From IMG/VR virus record IMGVR_UViG_3300030330_005139: a DNA stretch of 64,000 nt. One strand, 5' to 3'. Below are positions 62,710 through 64,000 of the stretch, one piece after another; positions within the stretch are counted from its first letter, which is position 1; the number at the start of each line of letters is the position of its first letter. This DNA is from a virus. Taxonomy: Duplodnaviria > Caudoviricetes. The notes beneath the pieces were generated by a model. That model was not told where the DNA came from, made no database searches, and worked only from the letters and a program-made list of their open reading frames with translations. A program made the translations under genes and the position numbers.

Positions 62710-62769
62710 ATTGCCTGGTTGTTATCACTGAAGTGGTGGTTATTATGTGACACAAAGTAACACTGAGAT

Positions 62770-62798
62770 TTGACAAATAAGAACAGTTCTGGTATACT
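62770..62798 (+). promoter_or_regulatory. Sigma70-type promoter
   Basis: TTGACA-17-TATACT with TG extension. Confidence 0.75.
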
Positions 62799-63040
62799 GA
62801 AGGGACAGTGATTTCCGTTGTTATAGTATATCGGGGTGTCCGGCTTAGTGAATAATAAGTAATAAGGGTAATAAGGGTTAACCCCCGAATGACCCCCCCC
62901 CTACTTTTTTCGAAAAGTCTAACCTACAAAGGTGACAATTCGAGCGAACAATATCTTTCTAATAAAAATATTTCTGAGGTATACGAAGGTAAATCTATGT
63001 CGAATTCAATGAGACACCCGTCGAAACACTTAAAGCACTT

Positions 63041-63208
63041 ATGAGACCAGAAACAAGAAAGTCCATGGAGATGTTATTCACCGCCCGTTGGAATGTCCCG
63101 AAGGCAGCCAGACACTGTAACCTCACAGATAAGGAAATGAAGATTACTTTCAATGAGTATTGTCGTCTCAACCCTCCCACCTGGAAAGTCTCTGAGACCC
63201 CCCTGTGA
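63041..63208 (+). CDS. Hypothetical protein (55 aa, possibly HTH-like)
   Basis: Translated by hand: MRPETRKSMEMLF..WNVPKAA.HCNL. Confidence 0.6.
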   Translation: MRPETRKSMEMLFTARWNVPKAARHCNLTDKEMKITFNEYCRLNPPTWKVSETPL

Positions 63209-63282
63209 TCCCCTCAGAGAGGCTTTATGACACTCAGTGTGTGTTTATGTTATAACTAAGATATCCTTACAATTACTCACCT

Positions 63283-63459
63283 ATGATTGAAAGTAAAGGA
63301 GAGGTTTATCATGTTTACTGTGAAAGAGAATGTGTGATGAATAATCTTCCAAAAGAAAAGTTTGAGTCTGTGTGGGAATTCTGTAAAGAACTGCAAGACT
63401 CTCGGTTTTCTTATGAGAGATGTGATACAATCAAAACACTCGAAGAGGAGAGTTATTGA
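63283..63459 (+). CDS. Hypothetical protein (58 aa)
   Basis: Translated by hand: VYHVY...F..VW...EESY. Confidence 0.55.
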   Translation: MIESKGEVYHVYCERECVMNNLPKEKFESVWEFCKELQDSRFSYERCDTIKTLEEESY

Positions 63460-63461
63460 CC

Positions 63462-63617
63462 ATGAAGAAGTATCTGGGTCACTGTGTTGGTCAGGTCGGA
63501 GTTCCGGCAATTCATAACGTCATCGTCGAAGCTCGTAATCCAATTCAAGCTCGACAGTTCCTTGAGGCTCGTTATCCGGGTTACACGAAGTATTACACAA
63601 GCTCACAGGTTTCCTGA
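63462..63617 (+). CDS. Hypothetical protein (51 aa)
   Basis: Translated by hand: VIVEARNPIQARQFLEARYPG. Confidence 0.55.
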   Translation: MKKYLGHCVGQVGVPAIHNVIVEARNPIQARQFLEARYPGYTKYYTSSQVS

Positions 63618-63635
63618 AAGTGAGGTGCAACCGAA

Positions 63636-63845
63636 ATGAAGTTTGATCTCACAATGGAAGACTTCACCATTATTCAGAATGCTCTTCATTATTATAAGCA
63701 CGTTGAGAAACGGGGACAGTTCCAACAGTATGACGTTGAGAGAGTGAATCAACTCAGAGATAAGTTATCTTATCAGTTGATTCCAAGTCCCATGTCTCGT
63801 CGCATTGATGAGAGTGACTATGAGGATGAGTCTGAGGGATTATGA
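63636..63845 (+). CDS. Hypothetical protein
   Basis: 69-aa ORF with GAGG RBS. Confidence 0.6.
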   Translation: MKFDLTMEDFTIIQNALHYYKHVEKRGQFQQYDVERVNQLRDKLSYQLIPSPMSRRIDESDYEDESEGL

Positions 63846-64000
63846 AAAAACCGGCGAAAAATAGGGCCGTTAAGAAAAAGAAAATCGTCCAAACATTTCC
63901 CAACTTCTTATCTAAGGAAGATTGGGACACGTCATTCTTTGAATATCTCCAACGACCGAAGTGGGGATATGGTCACGCTTCGGCAAGAAAAACGCCGTCA
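63842..64000 (+). CDS. 3'-truncated ORF, possibly a 2OG-Fe(II) oxygenase N-terminus
   Basis: ATGA overlap; NFLS...W.YGH; open to the window end. Confidence 0.35.
   Translation, partial: MKKPAKNRAVKKKKIVQTFPNFLSKEDWDTSFFEYLQRPKWGYGHASARKTPS

Noticed and set aside
1-64000. tRNA, rRNA, introns, inteins, transposases
   Set aside because: No cloverleaf/TpsiC signatures noticed in intergenic gaps, and core genes have uninterrupted normal lengths; a tRNAscan/Rfam run would be needed for certainty

Overview
A 64-kb segment of a T4-like cyanomyophage (Kyanoviridae-type) genome, almost all on the + strand. In order: (1) 1-5.4 kb sugar/ADP-heptose-type modification island (Zn-dehydrogenase, fused TPP E1 alpha/beta, split HldE, HldD, cupin, HAD phosphatase, GT25); (2) 5.4-12.7 kb small accessory genes, including a small outer-membrane beta-barrel, a lipoprotein, a 2OG-Fe(II) oxygenase, a nucleotidyltransferase fusion, a glutaredoxin and a glutamine-II riboswitch ahead of a YRGV-repeat peptide; (3) 12.7-17.3 kb core genes thyX, phoH, exonuclease, gp33, gp59, gp32; (4) 17.4-46.5 kb baseplate/tail module, ending in three paralogous collar-domain fibres that each carry 6+5 HxH motifs, followed by two 2OG-Fe(II) oxygenases; (5) 48.3-64 kb hyperplastic early region. 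In region 5, 16 copies of a ~35-nt imperfect palindrome punctuate small-ORF cassettes, followed by a DnaA-box-like/iteron-like non-coding stretch and a promoter-to-terminator non-coding RNA with GUGGUU in successive hairpin loops. GUGGUU is complementary to the 3' end of the repeat. The repeat array plus sRNA, and the matched HxH fibre triplet, are the best candidates for undescribed systems. All assignments come from motif recognition by eye; no database search or folding program was run.
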